Shown one piece after another: positions 28,689 through 38,392 of a DNA stretch of 53,459 bases (position 1 is its first letter; the number at the start of each line of letters is the position of its first letter). This DNA is from Candidatus Rokubacteria bacterium 13_2_20CM_69_15_1 (GTDB lineage Bacteria > Methylomirabilota > Methylomirabilia > Rokubacteriales > CSP1-6), in NCBI GenBank assembly GCA_001914535.1, contig MNCR01000102.1, positions 1 to 53,459 on the forward strand. Reading direction: 5' to 3'. The notes beneath the pieces are model-generated. The model saw only the letters and a program-made list of their open reading frames with translations. It was not told the DNA's origin and did not search any database. The position numbers and the translations under genes are program-made.

Positions 28689-30956
28689 GTGACACCAGGG
28701 GGGCGAGCCCGTCTCACTATCGTTGTCGCCCTCGTGCCCCCGCTCCTCCAGGTCTCGCCGGCCACGGCGCAGCGACCCCAGCCGCCCCCGATCATCATCA
28801 AGGAGATCACGGTCGAGGGTACGAAGCGGGTTCAGGAGGCCGTCGTGCTCGGGCGGATCAAGAGCGCCGTCGGCTCCCCCTTCAACCCGAGCCTCCTCTC
28901 CGAGGACATCCGGTCGATCTTCAACCTGGGCTTCTTCGACGATGTGCAGACGCGGGCCGAGGATTTCGAAGGCGGGGTGAAGGTGACGTTCGTCGTCAGG
29001 GAGCGGCCCTTTGTCCGAGACGTCGACTTCGCCGGCAACAAGGCCGTGAAGACCAGCGAGCTCCAGGACAAGATCGACCTCAAGTTGGGCAGCGTCTACA
29101 ACCCCGTGGACGTCCAGCGTGTCGTCGAGAAGCTCAAGGACTTCTACGAAGACGAGGGGTACTTCGAGGTCCAGGTGACTCCGAACGTCGAGAAGTTCCC
29201 CGACGGGGACGTGCGCGTGGTATTCAGCATCGTCGAGGGGCGGCAGATCAAGATCGACCGGATCGTGTTCAAGGGCAACAAGGGCCTCACGGAGCGCGAG
29301 CTCAAAGACGCGCTCGCGACGCGGGAGCGGCAGTACTTCATCCTCCGGGGCAAGGTGCAGCGCCAGCGCCTCGACGAGGACGTCGAGCGGATCATTCAGC
29401 TCTACAACGACCACGGCTACATCCAGGCCCGAGTCGAGTCCACCGACGTGGTCGTGGACCGTGAGAAGGCGCTCGTGACGGTCACCTTCACGGTCGTCGA
29501 GGGGCCGCAGTTCAAGGTCGGCGCGGTCAAGCTCAGCGGGATCACGCTCCTCCCCGAGTCGGAGGTCCGACGCCAGCTGAAGCTCAAGACCGGCGACGTG
29601 TTCTCGCGCTCGAAGCTCCGCGAGAGCCTCAAGGGTACCGAGAGCCTCTACAGCACCATCGGCCGGGCGTCGGTGGACGTCGTCCCCAAGACGGAGCAGG
29701 TACCCGGCGAGAACACGATGAACGTCACGCTCGACATCAACGAGGGGCCCGAGGTATTCGTCGAGCGCATCAACATCAGCGGCAACGTGCGGAGCCAGGA
29801 CAAGATCCTGCGCCGCGAGATTCCGCTCCACGAGGGCGACCTGTACACGCTACAGAAGAAGGAGCGGGCCCGCCAGAAGCTCGTGAACCTCGGCTACTTC
29901 GAGAAGGTCGACGTCAACACGCAGCCGGGGTCGGACAAGACGAAGATCATCGTCAACGTCGAGGTCACCGAACGCCCCACGGGCATCTTCAGCCTGGGCG
30001 GCGGGTTCTCGTCGGTGGACAGCTTCGTGGGCACCATCGACCTCGCGCAGCGCAACTTCCTGGGGCGCGGCTTGGAGGTCTCGGTGCGCCTGCGGGGCGG
30101 CGGCAAGACTCAGCAGGGCGTGATCGGCGTCACCGACCCGTGGCTGTTCGACCGCCCGCTCTCTGGAGGCTTCGACCTCTACAGCAACACGCGGATCTTC
30201 ACCGAGTATCGCTACGAGACGCTCGGCGCCGGGCTCCGGCTCGGCCACCCGTTCTTCGAGTACTGGCGGTGGAGCCTCGGCTATCGGGCGTCGCAGGACC
30301 GGATCAGCGACCTGAGCGACGTCGCCGCGTTGTCGACCGCGCTCCTCGAGGAGAGGGGGACCCACGTGACGTCGGCGATGTCGGGAAGCGTGGGCCGCGA
30401 CAGTCGTGACAACGTCATCGCGCCGACGAAGGGTGGTCAGGGTGCCCTGGCGGCGCAGTTCGCGGGCCTCGGCGGTACCGAACGGTACGTGAAGACGAGC
30501 GCGTTCATCACACAGTTCGTCCCGATCTGGTTCGACCACGTGCTCAGCGGACGGCTCGAAGGGGACTACGGCTTTGGCTGGTCGGACAAGCCGATGCCCC
30601 TCTTCGAGCGGTTCTATCTCGGGGGCCCTAACTCGATCCGGAGCTTCAAGTTCATGCAGATCTCGCCCGTGGACGATAACGGCGTGCGCGTCGGCGGAAC
30701 CAGTGAAGTGCTCGCCAACGCCGAGTACCTCATCCCGTTGCCCTTTGGCCTTCGGCTCGCCGGATTCTATGATGTCGGCAACGTGTACGGGTCTGGAACC
30801 AGTTTCGACCTGACCAGCCTGAAGCAAGGGGTCGGCGGCGGCGTCCGGTGGCAATCGCCATTCGGGCCGATCCGGGTCGACTACGGCATCAACCCGAATC
30901 GCAAGCCCGGCGAGAGTTTCGGCGCGTTCCAATTCTCGGTCGGGTCTCCGTTTTAG
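28689..30956 (+). CDS. bamA: Outer membrane protein assembly factor BamA
   Basis: Signal peptide, POTRA repeats (LGFF, EGYF, HGY, LGYF), ERFYLGG..SIRSF loop 6, WQSPFGPIR, C-terminal Phe. Confidence 0.95.
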   Translation: MTPGGRARLTIVVALVPPLLQVSPATAQRPQPPPIIIKEITVEGTKRVQEAVVLGRIKSAVGSPFNPSLLSEDIRSIFNLGFFDDVQTRAEDFEGGVKVTFVVRERPFVRDVDFAGNKAVKTSELQDKIDLKLGSVYNPVDVQRVVEKLKDFYEDEGYFEVQVTPNVEKFPDGDVRVVFSIVEGRQIKIDRIVFKGNKGLTERELKDALATRERQYFILRGKVQRQRLDEDVERIIQLYNDHGYIQARVESTDVVVDREKALVTVTFTVVEGPQFKVGAVKLSGITLLPESEVRRQLKLKTGDVFSRSKLRESLKGTESLYSTIGRASVDVVPKTEQVPGENTMNVTLDINEGPEVFVERINISGNVRSQDKILRREIPLHEGDLYTLQKKERARQKLVNLGYFEKVDVNTQPGSDKTKIIVNVEVTERPTGIFSLGGGFSSVDSFVGTIDLAQRNFLGRGLEVSVRLRGGGKTQQGVIGVTDPWLFDRPLSGGFDLYSNTRIFTEYRYETLGAGLRLGHPFFEYWRWSLGYRASQDRISDLSDVAALSTALLEERGTHVTSAMSGSVGRDSRDNVIAPTKGGQGALAAQFAGLGGTERYVKTSAFITQFVPIWFDHVLSGRLEGDYGFGWSDKPMPLFERFYLGGPNSIRSFKFMQISPVDDNGVRVGGTSEVLANAEYLIPLPFGLRLAGFYDVGNVYGSGTSFDLTSLKQGVGGGVRWQSPFGPIRVDYGINPNRKPGESFGAFQFSVGSPF

Positions 30957-30964
30957 GGAGGGAC

Positions 30965-31510
30965 ATGCGGACCCTGGGGAACGCACTCATGCTCACTGCC
31001 GTCGCCCTCGCGGTGGTCTGCACGTCGGCGCGGGCGCAGGCGCCCGCGGGCCGGGTCGGCTTCATCGACGTGCAGCGCGTCCTCGTCCGCTCCGCGGCGG
31101 GCGTCGCGGCCCGCGAGCAGCTCGAGCGTGAGAAGACGGTGATGCAGCAGAAGATGGACGGCAAGCGCAAGGAGCTCGAGGCGCTGCGCGACGAGCTCGA
31201 AAAGAAGGGGCCGCTGATGACGGCGGACGCACGGCGCGACAAGCAGGATGCGTTCGAGCGCAACCGCCGCGACACCGCGCGCCTGGCCGACGATCTCCAG
31301 AAGGAGCTCGAGAAGAAGGAGCAGCAGCTCCTCCAGCGCGTGCTCCAGGACCTGAGCGGCGTCATCGAGAAGGTCGGCAAGGAGCGCGGCTTCCATCTGA
31401 TCGTGGAGAAGCGGGGCGGGGCCGTCCTCTACGGCGCGCCCGAGGCGGATCTGACCGACGAGATCATCCGAGCATACGATCAGCAGAATACGGGCAAGGA
31501 AAAGAAATAA
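30965..31510 (+). CDS. skp: OmpH/Skp periplasmic chaperone
   Basis: SD AGGGAGGG, signal peptide, VGFIDVQRV, coiled coil, DLTDEII; lies between bamA and lpxD. Confidence 0.9.
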   Translation: MRTLGNALMLTAVALAVVCTSARAQAPAGRVGFIDVQRVLVRSAAGVAAREQLEREKTVMQQKMDGKRKELEALRDELEKKGPLMTADARRDKQDAFERNRRDTARLADDLQKELEKKEQQLLQRVLQDLSGVIEKVGKERGFHLIVEKRGGAVLYGAPEADLTDEIIRAYDQQNTGKEKK

Positions 31511-31517
31511 GGCGCCG

Positions 31518-32579
31518 ATGGCCAAGGGAGTCGGGTTCACCCTCGGTGAGCTCGCCCGCGCCCTCCACGCCACACTGGAGGGTGATCCGGCGACCGTCGT
31601 GACGGGTGTCGCGCCGCTCGAGAGTGCCGCCCGCGACCAGATTTCCTTCCTCGTGGACGCGCGCTACACTGACGCGGCGAAGGCCTCGCGCGCGGGCGCC
31701 CTCCTGGCCGGGCCCGACGTGTCGGGGCTGCCCGGCCCGGTGCTGCGCGTGAGCGCGCCCCACCGGGCGCTGATCGACCTGCTCACCCTGTTTCATCCGC
31801 CCGCGGGCGCGGTGCCCGGCATCGCCCCCTCGGCGGTCGTCGCGCGCGACGCGAGCGTCGCCCCGACCGCGACGATCGGGGCGCTCGCCGTGATCGAGTC
31901 GGGCGCCGTGATCGGCCCCCTGGCCCGGATCGGCCCGCTGGCTTTCGTCGGGGCAGGCGCCCAGGTGGGCGAGGCGTCGGTCGTGCACGCGCGGGTGGCG
32001 CTCTGTGCGGGCGCCACGCTCGGCAAGCGCGTCGTGGTCCACCCTGGCGCCGTGATCGGCGCCGACGGCTTCGGCTACGTCTTCGACGGCGAGGCACACC
32101 GGAAAATTCCCCAGGTGGGCTCCGTACGGCTCGAGGACGACGTCGAGATCGGTGCGAATACGACGATCGATCGAGCCACGCTCGGCGAGACGATCATCCG
32201 CCGCGGGACCAAGATCGACAACCTGGTGCAGGTCGGCCACAACGTCGAGATCGGTGAGCACTCGATCATCGTGGCGCTGGTGGGGATTTCGGGATCGTGC
32301 CGGATCGGACGCGGGGTCGTGCTCGCCGGGCAGGTGGGCATCAACGACCACGTCACGATCGGTGACGGTGCCGTGGTCGCCGCGCAGTCCGGGATCGCGC
32401 GGGACGTCGCGCCGGGCGAGAAGATGCTCGGCTCGCCGGCGCGCCCGCTGATGGAGAGCAAGCGGATTTTCGTCCTCGAGGGGGAACTCCCGGAGCTGGT
32501 ACGGCGCCTGCGCGACGCGGAGCGCCGGCTCGCCCATCTCGAGGCGCGGCTCGGCGCCGGGGGCGCGCGCGATGGCTGA
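31518..32579 (+). CDS. lpxD: UDP-3-O-acylglucosamine N-acyltransferase
   Basis: Hexapeptide repeats, [35 protein letters not shown]. Confidence 0.96.
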   Translation: MAKGVGFTLGELARALHATLEGDPATVVTGVAPLESAARDQISFLVDARYTDAAKASRAGALLAGPDVSGLPGPVLRVSAPHRALIDLLTLFHPPAGAVPGIAPSAVVARDASVAPTATIGALAVIESGAVIGPLARIGPLAFVGAGAQVGEASVVHARVALCAGATLGKRVVVHPGAVIGADGFGYVFDGEAHRKIPQVGSVRLEDDVEIGANTTIDRATLGETIIRRGTKIDNLVQVGHNVEIGEHSIIVALVGISGSCRIGRGVVLAGQVGINDHVTIGDGAVVAAQSGIARDVAPGEKMLGSPARPLMESKRIFVLEGELPELVRRLRDAERRLAHLEARLGAGGARDG

Positions 32580-33414
32580 TGCCGTCCACCCGACTGCCGT
32601 CGTGGATCCCCGCGCGAGAATCCATCCGGGCGTCACCGTCGGCGCGTACTCGATGGTCGGCCCCGACGTGACGATCGGCGCCGACGTGGAGATCGGTCAC
32701 CACTGCGTGCTCGAGGGGCGTGTCGAGCTCGGGCCCGGCGTGAAGGTCGGCCACGGCTCCATCCTCGGCGGCGAACCTCAAGACCTGAAGTTCAAGGAGG
32801 GCACGCCGTCCGGGGTGCGGATCGGTGCGAAGACCGTGATCCGTGAGTACGTCACGATCCACCGCGCCACGCGTGCCGACGGTTGGACCCGTGTCGGCGA
32901 GGGGTGCCTCCTCATGGCCATGAGCCACATCGCCCACGATTGCACCGTGGGCGATGGCGCGATCATCATCAACTACGCCGGGATCACGGGCCACTGCGAG
33001 ATCGGCGAGCGCGCGACGGTCGGTGGCCTCACGGGTGTGCTACCCTTCACGCGAGTCGGCGCCTACGCGTACGTGGGGGGCGTGTCGAAGGTGAACGCGG
33101 ACGTGCCGCCCTATATGCTCGTAGCCGGGAACCCGGCCGTCGCCCACGGGATCAACGTCGTCGGACTCCGCCGCGCCGGGATGCCGACCGCCGAGCGCCG
33201 CGTCCTCCAGGACGCGTACAGCCTTCTCTACCGCTCGGGGCTCACGCCTCAGCGCGCGCTCGAGCGGATCCAGAGCGAGCTGCCGCCCCTCCCGCCCCTG
33301 GCCCGGCTGGTCGAGTTCCTCGCGGGCGCGCGGCGCGGGATCTGCGGGCCGCCGAGGCGCGGCGCGGGTGAGGGAGGCGACGTCACGCCCGAGCCCGAGA
33401 GCGAGCGCGTGTGA
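32572..33414 (+). CDS. lpxA: Acyl-ACP--UDP-GlcNAc(3N) acyltransferase
   Basis: [29 protein letters not shown] (catalytic His), [14 protein letters not shown]. Confidence 0.96.
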   Translation: MADAVHPTAVVDPRARIHPGVTVGAYSMVGPDVTIGADVEIGHHCVLEGRVELGPGVKVGHGSILGGEPQDLKFKEGTPSGVRIGAKTVIREYVTIHRATRADGWTRVGEGCLLMAMSHIAHDCTVGDGAIIINYAGITGHCEIGERATVGGLTGVLPFTRVGAYAYVGGVSKVNADVPPYMLVAGNPAVAHGINVVGLRRAGMPTAERRVLQDAYSLLYRSGLTPQRALERIQSELPPLPPLARLVEFLAGARRGICGPPRRGAGEGGDVTPEPESERV

Positions 33415-34436
33415 TGGCGACGGAACGACTGCGCGCGGGGGTGGTGGGCGCGGGCCACATGGGTCAGTACCACATGCTCGTCTACGCCGAGCTCTGGGAC
33501 ATCGAGCTCGCGGGCGTGGTCGACGTGGACCGCGACCGCGCCGCGCGCGCCGCCGCTCACTACGATACGCGGGCGTTCGCCGACCACCGCGACCTGCTCG
33601 GCCGGGTCGACCTCGTCAGCATCGCGGTGCCGACCGAGCATCACTTCCACATCGCGAGCGACTTTCTCGAGCGGGGCGTGAGCGTGCTCGTCGAGAAGCC
33701 GGTGACGCCAACGCTCGAAGAGGCGCGCGAGCTGTACGCGCTCGCGCGCCGCAGCGGGGCCGTCCTCCACATCGGTCACGTCGAGCGGTTCAACGGGGCG
33801 GTGCAGGAGCTCAAGAAGATCGTCGAGCGGCCGCTCCTCGTCGAGTCGCGCCGGCTCGGCCCGTTCGAGCCGCGCGTCCAGAAGGACACGGTCGTGATGG
33901 ACCTGATGATCCACGACCTCGACATCGTGCTGGGGCTTGTCGACTCGCCGCCCCGACGCCTGACCGCGATGGGCTCGACGGTCCATTCGGGCACGGTGGA
34001 CGTCGCGAACGTCCAGATCGCGTTCGAGTCGGGGACGATCGCGGTCATCACGGCGAGCCGCGCCACCGAGGAGAAAATCCGTACGCTCGCGATCACGCAG
34101 CCCGACGCGTACATCGTCCTCGACTACTCCGAGCAGGACATCCGCGTCCACCGGCGCGCCGCGCAGGAGTACACGCTCAACCGGGAGTCGATCCGCTACC
34201 GCCGCGCCTCCTTCGTCGAGCACGTCCAGGTACACAAAGACAACCCGCTGAAGCTCGAGATCCTGCACCTCGCTCACGCGGTGAAGCGGGCACGTGCGGG
34301 GCAGCCCGTCGTCCTGGCGCCGGACGAGGACCTGCGATCGCTGGCGATGGCCCTCGAGATCGAGCGGATGATCCGAGACGGGCGCGCCGAGGTCGTCTAC
34401 CCGAACACCCTGCCGTGGAGCGAGCACTCGGCCTGA
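33411..34436 (+). CDS. Gfo/Idh/MocA oxidoreductase, probably GnnA-like UDP-GlcNAc 3-dehydrogenase
   Basis: GVVGAGHMGQYH, VPT..H, VEKP, GHVERFN, DLMIHDLD; position between lpxA and lpxB. Confidence 0.8.
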   Translation: MMATERLRAGVVGAGHMGQYHMLVYAELWDIELAGVVDVDRDRAARAAAHYDTRAFADHRDLLGRVDLVSIAVPTEHHFHIASDFLERGVSVLVEKPVTPTLEEARELYALARRSGAVLHIGHVERFNGAVQELKKIVERPLLVESRRLGPFEPRVQKDTVVMDLMIHDLDIVLGLVDSPPRRLTAMGSTVHSGTVDVANVQIAFESGTIAVITASRATEEKIRTLAITQPDAYIVLDYSEQDIRVHRRAAQEYTLNRESIRYRRASFVEHVQVHKDNPLKLEILHLAHAVKRARAGQPVVLAPDEDLRSLAMALEIERMIRDGRAEVVYPNTLPWSEHSA

Positions 34437-35212
34437 TGTGTGGCGCCGGCACGCTGCCGGCGCGCATGGCGGCGGAGGCACAGCGCCAGGGCTGGCGCGT
34501 CGTGGCCTTCGCCTTCGGCGACGCCTCGGGCCCCGCGACCTACGCCGAGCGGGTGATCCCGAGCCGGCTCGCCGAGTTCGGCACCGTGCTTCAGACGCTC
34601 CGCGAGGAGTCCGTCGAGGCCGTCCTGCTGACGGGCAAGTTCTGGGTCCAGGACGTGCTCGGGGCCGGCCCGGTCGATGCGACGGTCGTCTCCATGGCGG
34701 CACGCGCGGGTGCGTTGACCGATGTGCGCATGCTGGACGTGCTCGTGAAGACGCTGGAGGACATGGACATCACGCTCCTCGATCAGCGCCAGTTTCTCGG
34801 CGACGGCCTGGCCACGGCGGGCTGCTGGTCGGCTCGTCGGCCGACGGAGGCGGAACGGCGCGACGTCGAGCGCGGCCTGCGCCTTGCCCGCCACGCGGCG
34901 GCGGCGGGCATCGGCCAGACCGTCGTGCTGCGCCGGGGGGCGGTCGCGGCCGTCGAGGCCCTCGAGGGGACCACCGAGGCGATTCGTCGTGGCGCGGCCC
35001 TCGCCGGGCCGGGCGTCGTGATCGTCAAGGCCGTGGCGGCGGACCACGACTATCGCTTTGACACGCCGGTGATCGGGCCCGAGAGCCTCGAGGCCGCCGC
35101 GGCCGGCCGCGCGTCGGTGGTGGCCGTCGAGGCGGGTCGCGTGTTGATCGTGGACCAGGAGGCGAGCGTGCGGCGCGCCGACGCGGCCGGGATCGCGTTT
35201 CTCGGTGTCTAG
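34415..35212 (+). CDS. lpxI: UDP-2,3-diacylglucosamine diphosphatase LpxI (DUF1009)
   Basis: LGL.CG.G.LP N-terminus, IGQTVV, AVEALEGT, VK......D.RFD.P.IG, VEAG; alternative start ATG 34436. Confidence 0.88.
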   Translation: MERALGLMCGAGTLPARMAAEAQRQGWRVVAFAFGDASGPATYAERVIPSRLAEFGTVLQTLREESVEAVLLTGKFWVQDVLGAGPVDATVVSMAARAGALTDVRMLDVLVKTLEDMDITLLDQRQFLGDGLATAGCWSARRPTEAERRDVERGLRLARHAAAAGIGQTVVLRRGAVAAVEALEGTTEAIRRGAALAGPGVVIVKAVAADHDYRFDTPVIGPESLEAAAAGRASVVAVEAGRVLIVDQEASVRRADAAGIAFLGV

Positions 35213-35294
35213 GATCATGTCGGAGGAGAGCGCCATCGCTTCTGGGGGGAGGGTTCGGAAGGGGGGCGAGGCCCCCCTCCGACTAATCTAGGAT
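35208..35294 (+). mobile_element. 79-bp MITE/REP-like insertion with 8-bp direct repeats
   Basis: TCTAGGAT at 35208-35215 and 35287-35294; inverted repeat GTCGGAGG (35219-26)/CCTCCGAC (35276-83); hairpin TCGGAAGGGGGGC-GAG-GCCCCCCTCCGA; mini-ORF 35217-35291. Confidence 0.65.
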
Positions 35295-36444
35295 GCCGGC
35301 GCACGCCCCCTCGATCATGCTCGCCGCCGGCGAGGCGTCGGGCGATCTCCATGGTGCGGCACTGTGCCACGCGCTCCGCGCGGAGGCGCCGGGCTGCCGC
35401 CTCTTCGGGATGGGTGGCGAGCGCATGGCGGCGGCGGGGATGGATCTGCTCGTCGACGTCACTGCTGTCGCGGTGGCCGGCGGGACCGAGGCCCTGAGCC
35501 GGATCCCGCCGCTCTACCGAGCCTACCGGCGGCTCCGGGCGACGCTCGCCGGCGCCCGACGACCCGGCGTCCTCGTCGTGATCGACTTTCCCGAGTTCAA
35601 CCTGCGCCTGGCGCGGGCGGCGCGCCAGGCGGGCATCCCCGTCGTCTATTTCATCCCGCCCCAGATCTGGGCGTGGCGTTCGTGGCGTGTGCGGACGATC
35701 CGACGCGTGATCTCGCGCGTGCTCGCGGTCTTCCCGTTCGAGACGGCGCTCTACCGGCGCGCGGGCGTGCCTGTCGAATTCGTCGGCCATCCACTGCTCG
35801 ACGCGCTCGCCGGCGCGCCCGACCGGGTGGCCGCGCGGCGCGCGCTCGGGCTCGACGACCGGGCGCTCGTGATCGGGCTCTTGCCCGGCAGTCGCCGCGA
35901 GGAGATCGCGCGCGTGCTTCCGGTGATGCGGGAGGCGGTCGCGGCCATTGGCGCGGCGCGCTCCGACGCGCGCTTCGTACTCGCCCTGGCGCCGACGGTC
36001 GAGCCGGCGGCGGTCGAGCGCCGACTCGGCGAGGGGAGTCCGGTGGCGGTCGCCCGCGGCCAGACCCACGCCGTCATGCGCGGCGCCGACCTGCTGCTCG
36101 TGGGGTCGGGCACGGCGACGCTTGAAGCAGCGCTCCTCGGCACGCCGATGGTCGTGTGCTATCGCGTGTCCCGTCTGACGGAGCTGATGGTCCGGATGCT
36201 GATGCGCGTGCCGTGGATCAGCCTGCCGAACCTGACGCTCGGGCGCGCGGTCGTCCCGGAACTCTACCAGGAAGACGCGACGGGCGAGCGTCTCGGTCGC
36301 GAGGCGTTGAGGCTTCTCGACACTCCGGGGGCTCTCGACACTCAGCGAGCCGCGTTCAGGGAGCTCCAGGGTCAGTTGGGCGAGCCGGGCGTCGGTGAAC
36401 GCGCTGCACGTCTCGTCCTCGCCGAGGCGGGAACGGCGCCGTGA
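35293..36444 (+). CDS. lpxB: Lipid-A-disaccharide synthase
   Basis: AGEASGDLHG, IDFPEFN, PPQIWAWR, FPFE, FVGHP, LLPGSRREE, SGTATLE. Confidence 0.96.
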   Translation: MPAHAPSIMLAAGEASGDLHGAALCHALRAEAPGCRLFGMGGERMAAAGMDLLVDVTAVAVAGGTEALSRIPPLYRAYRRLRATLAGARRPGVLVVIDFPEFNLRLARAARQAGIPVVYFIPPQIWAWRSWRVRTIRRVISRVLAVFPFETALYRRAGVPVEFVGHPLLDALAGAPDRVAARRALGLDDRALVIGLLPGSRREEIARVLPVMREAVAAIGAARSDARFVLALAPTVEPAAVERRLGEGSPVAVARGQTHAVMRGADLLLVGSGTATLEAALLGTPMVVCYRVSRLTELMVRMLMRVPWISLPNLTLGRAVVPELYQEDATGERLGREALRLLDTPGALDTQRAAFRELQGQLGEPGVGERAARLVLAEAGTAP

Positions 36445-37109
36445 GCGCGCTGTCACGTGTCGCGGGCTCGCTGGCGCCACCGCTCGCCGCGATTCTGGTG
36501 AGGGCGCTCGGAACGACGCTCCGCCTCAGTGTGGCGGGTGCCGAGGATGTCGTCCGCCACTGGATCCCGGGCCGTCCCCTGATCTACGCGGTGTGGCACG
36601 GCCAAGCCCTGATGCTCCCCTGGCTCAACGAGCGGCTCCGCGCGAGTCATGGCGCGCGACCCGCGACGGTCCTCGTCAGCCGCTCCGAGGACGGCGAGAT
36701 GGTCGCGCGCTACCTGGTCCGCTTCGGCCTCGACAGCGTGCGGGGCTCCACGTCGCACGGCGGCGCCGAGGCGGGACGCGCGCTCGTGGCGGTGGTGCGA
36801 CGCGGGCGCGACGTCGTGGTCGTTCCCGACGGGCCGCGGGGGCCGTCCCGACGGCTCCAGCCGGGCGTGGTGACGCTCGCCGCCCTCACCGGCGCGCCGG
36901 TCGTGCCGGTCGCCGTCGCCGCGCGGCCGGCCCTCCGACTCCGGAGCTGGGACGCGTTCATGATCCCCCTGCCGTTCGCGCGGTGCGCGGTCGTCTTCGC
37001 AGAGCCCCTCGCGGTGGCGCGAGACGCCGATCGCGCGCGCTCGATGAAGGACGTCGAGCGGAGCCTCGACGAGGCCACGGCGGCGGCCGAGAAACTGGCG
37101 GCCTCCTGA
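36441..37109 (+). CDS. DUF374 / lysophospholipid acyltransferase family protein (LpxJ-like)
   Basis: WHG, S.S.DGE, RGS..HGG, PDGPRGP, SWD...P.PF motifs; within the lipid A cluster. Confidence 0.85.
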   Translation: MSALSRVAGSLAPPLAAILVRALGTTLRLSVAGAEDVVRHWIPGRPLIYAVWHGQALMLPWLNERLRASHGARPATVLVSRSEDGEMVARYLVRFGLDSVRGSTSHGGAEAGRALVAVVRRGRDVVVVPDGPRGPSRRLQPGVVTLAALTGAPVVPVAVAARPALRLRSWDAFMIPLPFARCAVVFAEPLAVARDADRARSMKDVERSLDEATAAAEKLAAS

Positions 37110-38392
37110 TGTACGCGCTCTACACGGCGGCGAGCCTCGTAGCGCTCGTGCTCGTCTATGCGCCGGCGGCGGTGGTCCGACGCCTCATCCGCGGCGTGCC
37201 CCTCAACATGCGTGCGCGCCTGGGCCTCGGCGGCGCGCCACGGCGCCGCGGCGTCCGCGCCGGCTGGCTCCACGCGGTCTCCGTCGGCGAGGCGATCACG
37301 GCGGCCCCGCTCATCGAGGGGCTACGTCGGCTCTGCCCCGAGCGTTCGCTGGTGGTGACGACGGTGACGGAGACCGGCGCGAAGATCGTCCGCGAGCGGT
37401 ACGCGGGGCTCGCGAGGCACCGATTCTTCCCGCTCGATCTGCCGTGGGCGACGCGGCGGTTCGTCGCCTCCCTCGACCCGGCGTTCCTGGTGTGCATGGA
37501 GACGGAGCTCTGGCCGAACATGCTGCGCACGCTCGCCGCGCGCGGCGTGCCGGTCATGATCGCCAACGGGAGGATCTCCGACCGTTCGTACCGCCGCTAC
37601 CGGCTGCTGCGCGGCTTCATGGGCCCCCTGCTCGCCGACGTTCGGGTCTTCGCCATGCAGTCGGCGGAGGACGCGAGGCGGATCATCGCCCTCGGCGTCA
37701 GCCCGGAGCGCGTCGTCGTTACCGGCAATATCAAGAACGAGCCGCTGCCCGACACGACGGGCTCGGCGGACCTCTGGCGCCGGCTCCTCGGCTTCGGGCC
37801 CGGCCAGCGCGTGTGGATCGCGGGGAGCACGCATCGAGGCGAGGAAGAGGCGGTGCTCGACGCGCACCGCGTCGCGCTCCAGGAGTACCCCGACCTCAGG
37901 TTGGTCATCGCGCCCCGTCATCCGGAGCGCGCGCCCGAGGTCCTCGGTCTCGTCGCCGGGCGGGGCTGGCCCGCGGTCCGGCGCAGTGAGCTCGGGCGCG
38001 GGCGCAACCCGAGCGCCGTCGTCGTACTCGACACGGTCGGCGAGCTGGCGCCGATCTACGCCGTCGCTGACGTCGTCTTCGTCGGCGGGAGCCTCGTCGA
38101 CTTCGGCGGGCACAACATGTTGGAGCCGGCGCTCCGACGGAAGCCGGTGCTCATGGGCCCGTACACACAGAACTTCCGGGAGTCGGCGGCGCTCCTCGAG
38201 TCGGTGGGCGCGGCGGTCGTGGTGGAGGACGGCCCCCGGCTCGGCCGCGAGCTCGCCCGGCTCCTCTCGGACCCCGGGCTCAGGGCGAAGATCGGCGAGG
38301 CGGGGTACGGGGCCGTCGCGGCGCGCCACGGCGCCGTGAGCGAGACGCTCGACCTCGTCAGCCGCTTCCTGGTCCCGGGAGACCGCCCGTGA
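37109..38392 (+). CDS. waaA: 3-deoxy-D-manno-octulosonic acid (Kdo) transferase
   Basis: WLHAVSVGE, TT.T.TG, PLD, METELWPN, NGRIS, AGSTH, PRHPER, FVGGS...GGHN.LEPA. Confidence 0.96.
   Translation: MYALYTAASLVALVLVYAPAAVVRRLIRGVPLNMRARLGLGGAPRRRGVRAGWLHAVSVGEAITAAPLIEGLRRLCPERSLVVTTVTETGAKIVRERYAGLARHRFFPLDLPWATRRFVASLDPAFLVCMETELWPNMLRTLAARGVPVMIANGRISDRSYRRYRLLRGFMGPLLADVRVFAMQSAEDARRIIALGVSPERVVVTGNIKNEPLPDTTGSADLWRRLLGFGPGQRVWIAGSTHRGEEEAVLDAHRVALQEYPDLRLVIAPRHPERAPEVLGLVAGRGWPAVRRSELGRGRNPSAVVVLDTVGELAPIYAVADVVFVGGSLVDFGGHNMLEPALRRKPVLMGPYTQNFRESAALLESVGAAVVVEDGPRLGRELARLLSDPGLRAKIGEAGYGAVAARHGAVSETLDLVSRFLVPGDRP

Noticed and set aside
35255-35282. G/C hairpin as a Rho-independent terminator
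   Set aside because: No U-tract on either strand and it lies within a tightly linked lpx operon; treated as part of an inserted element.
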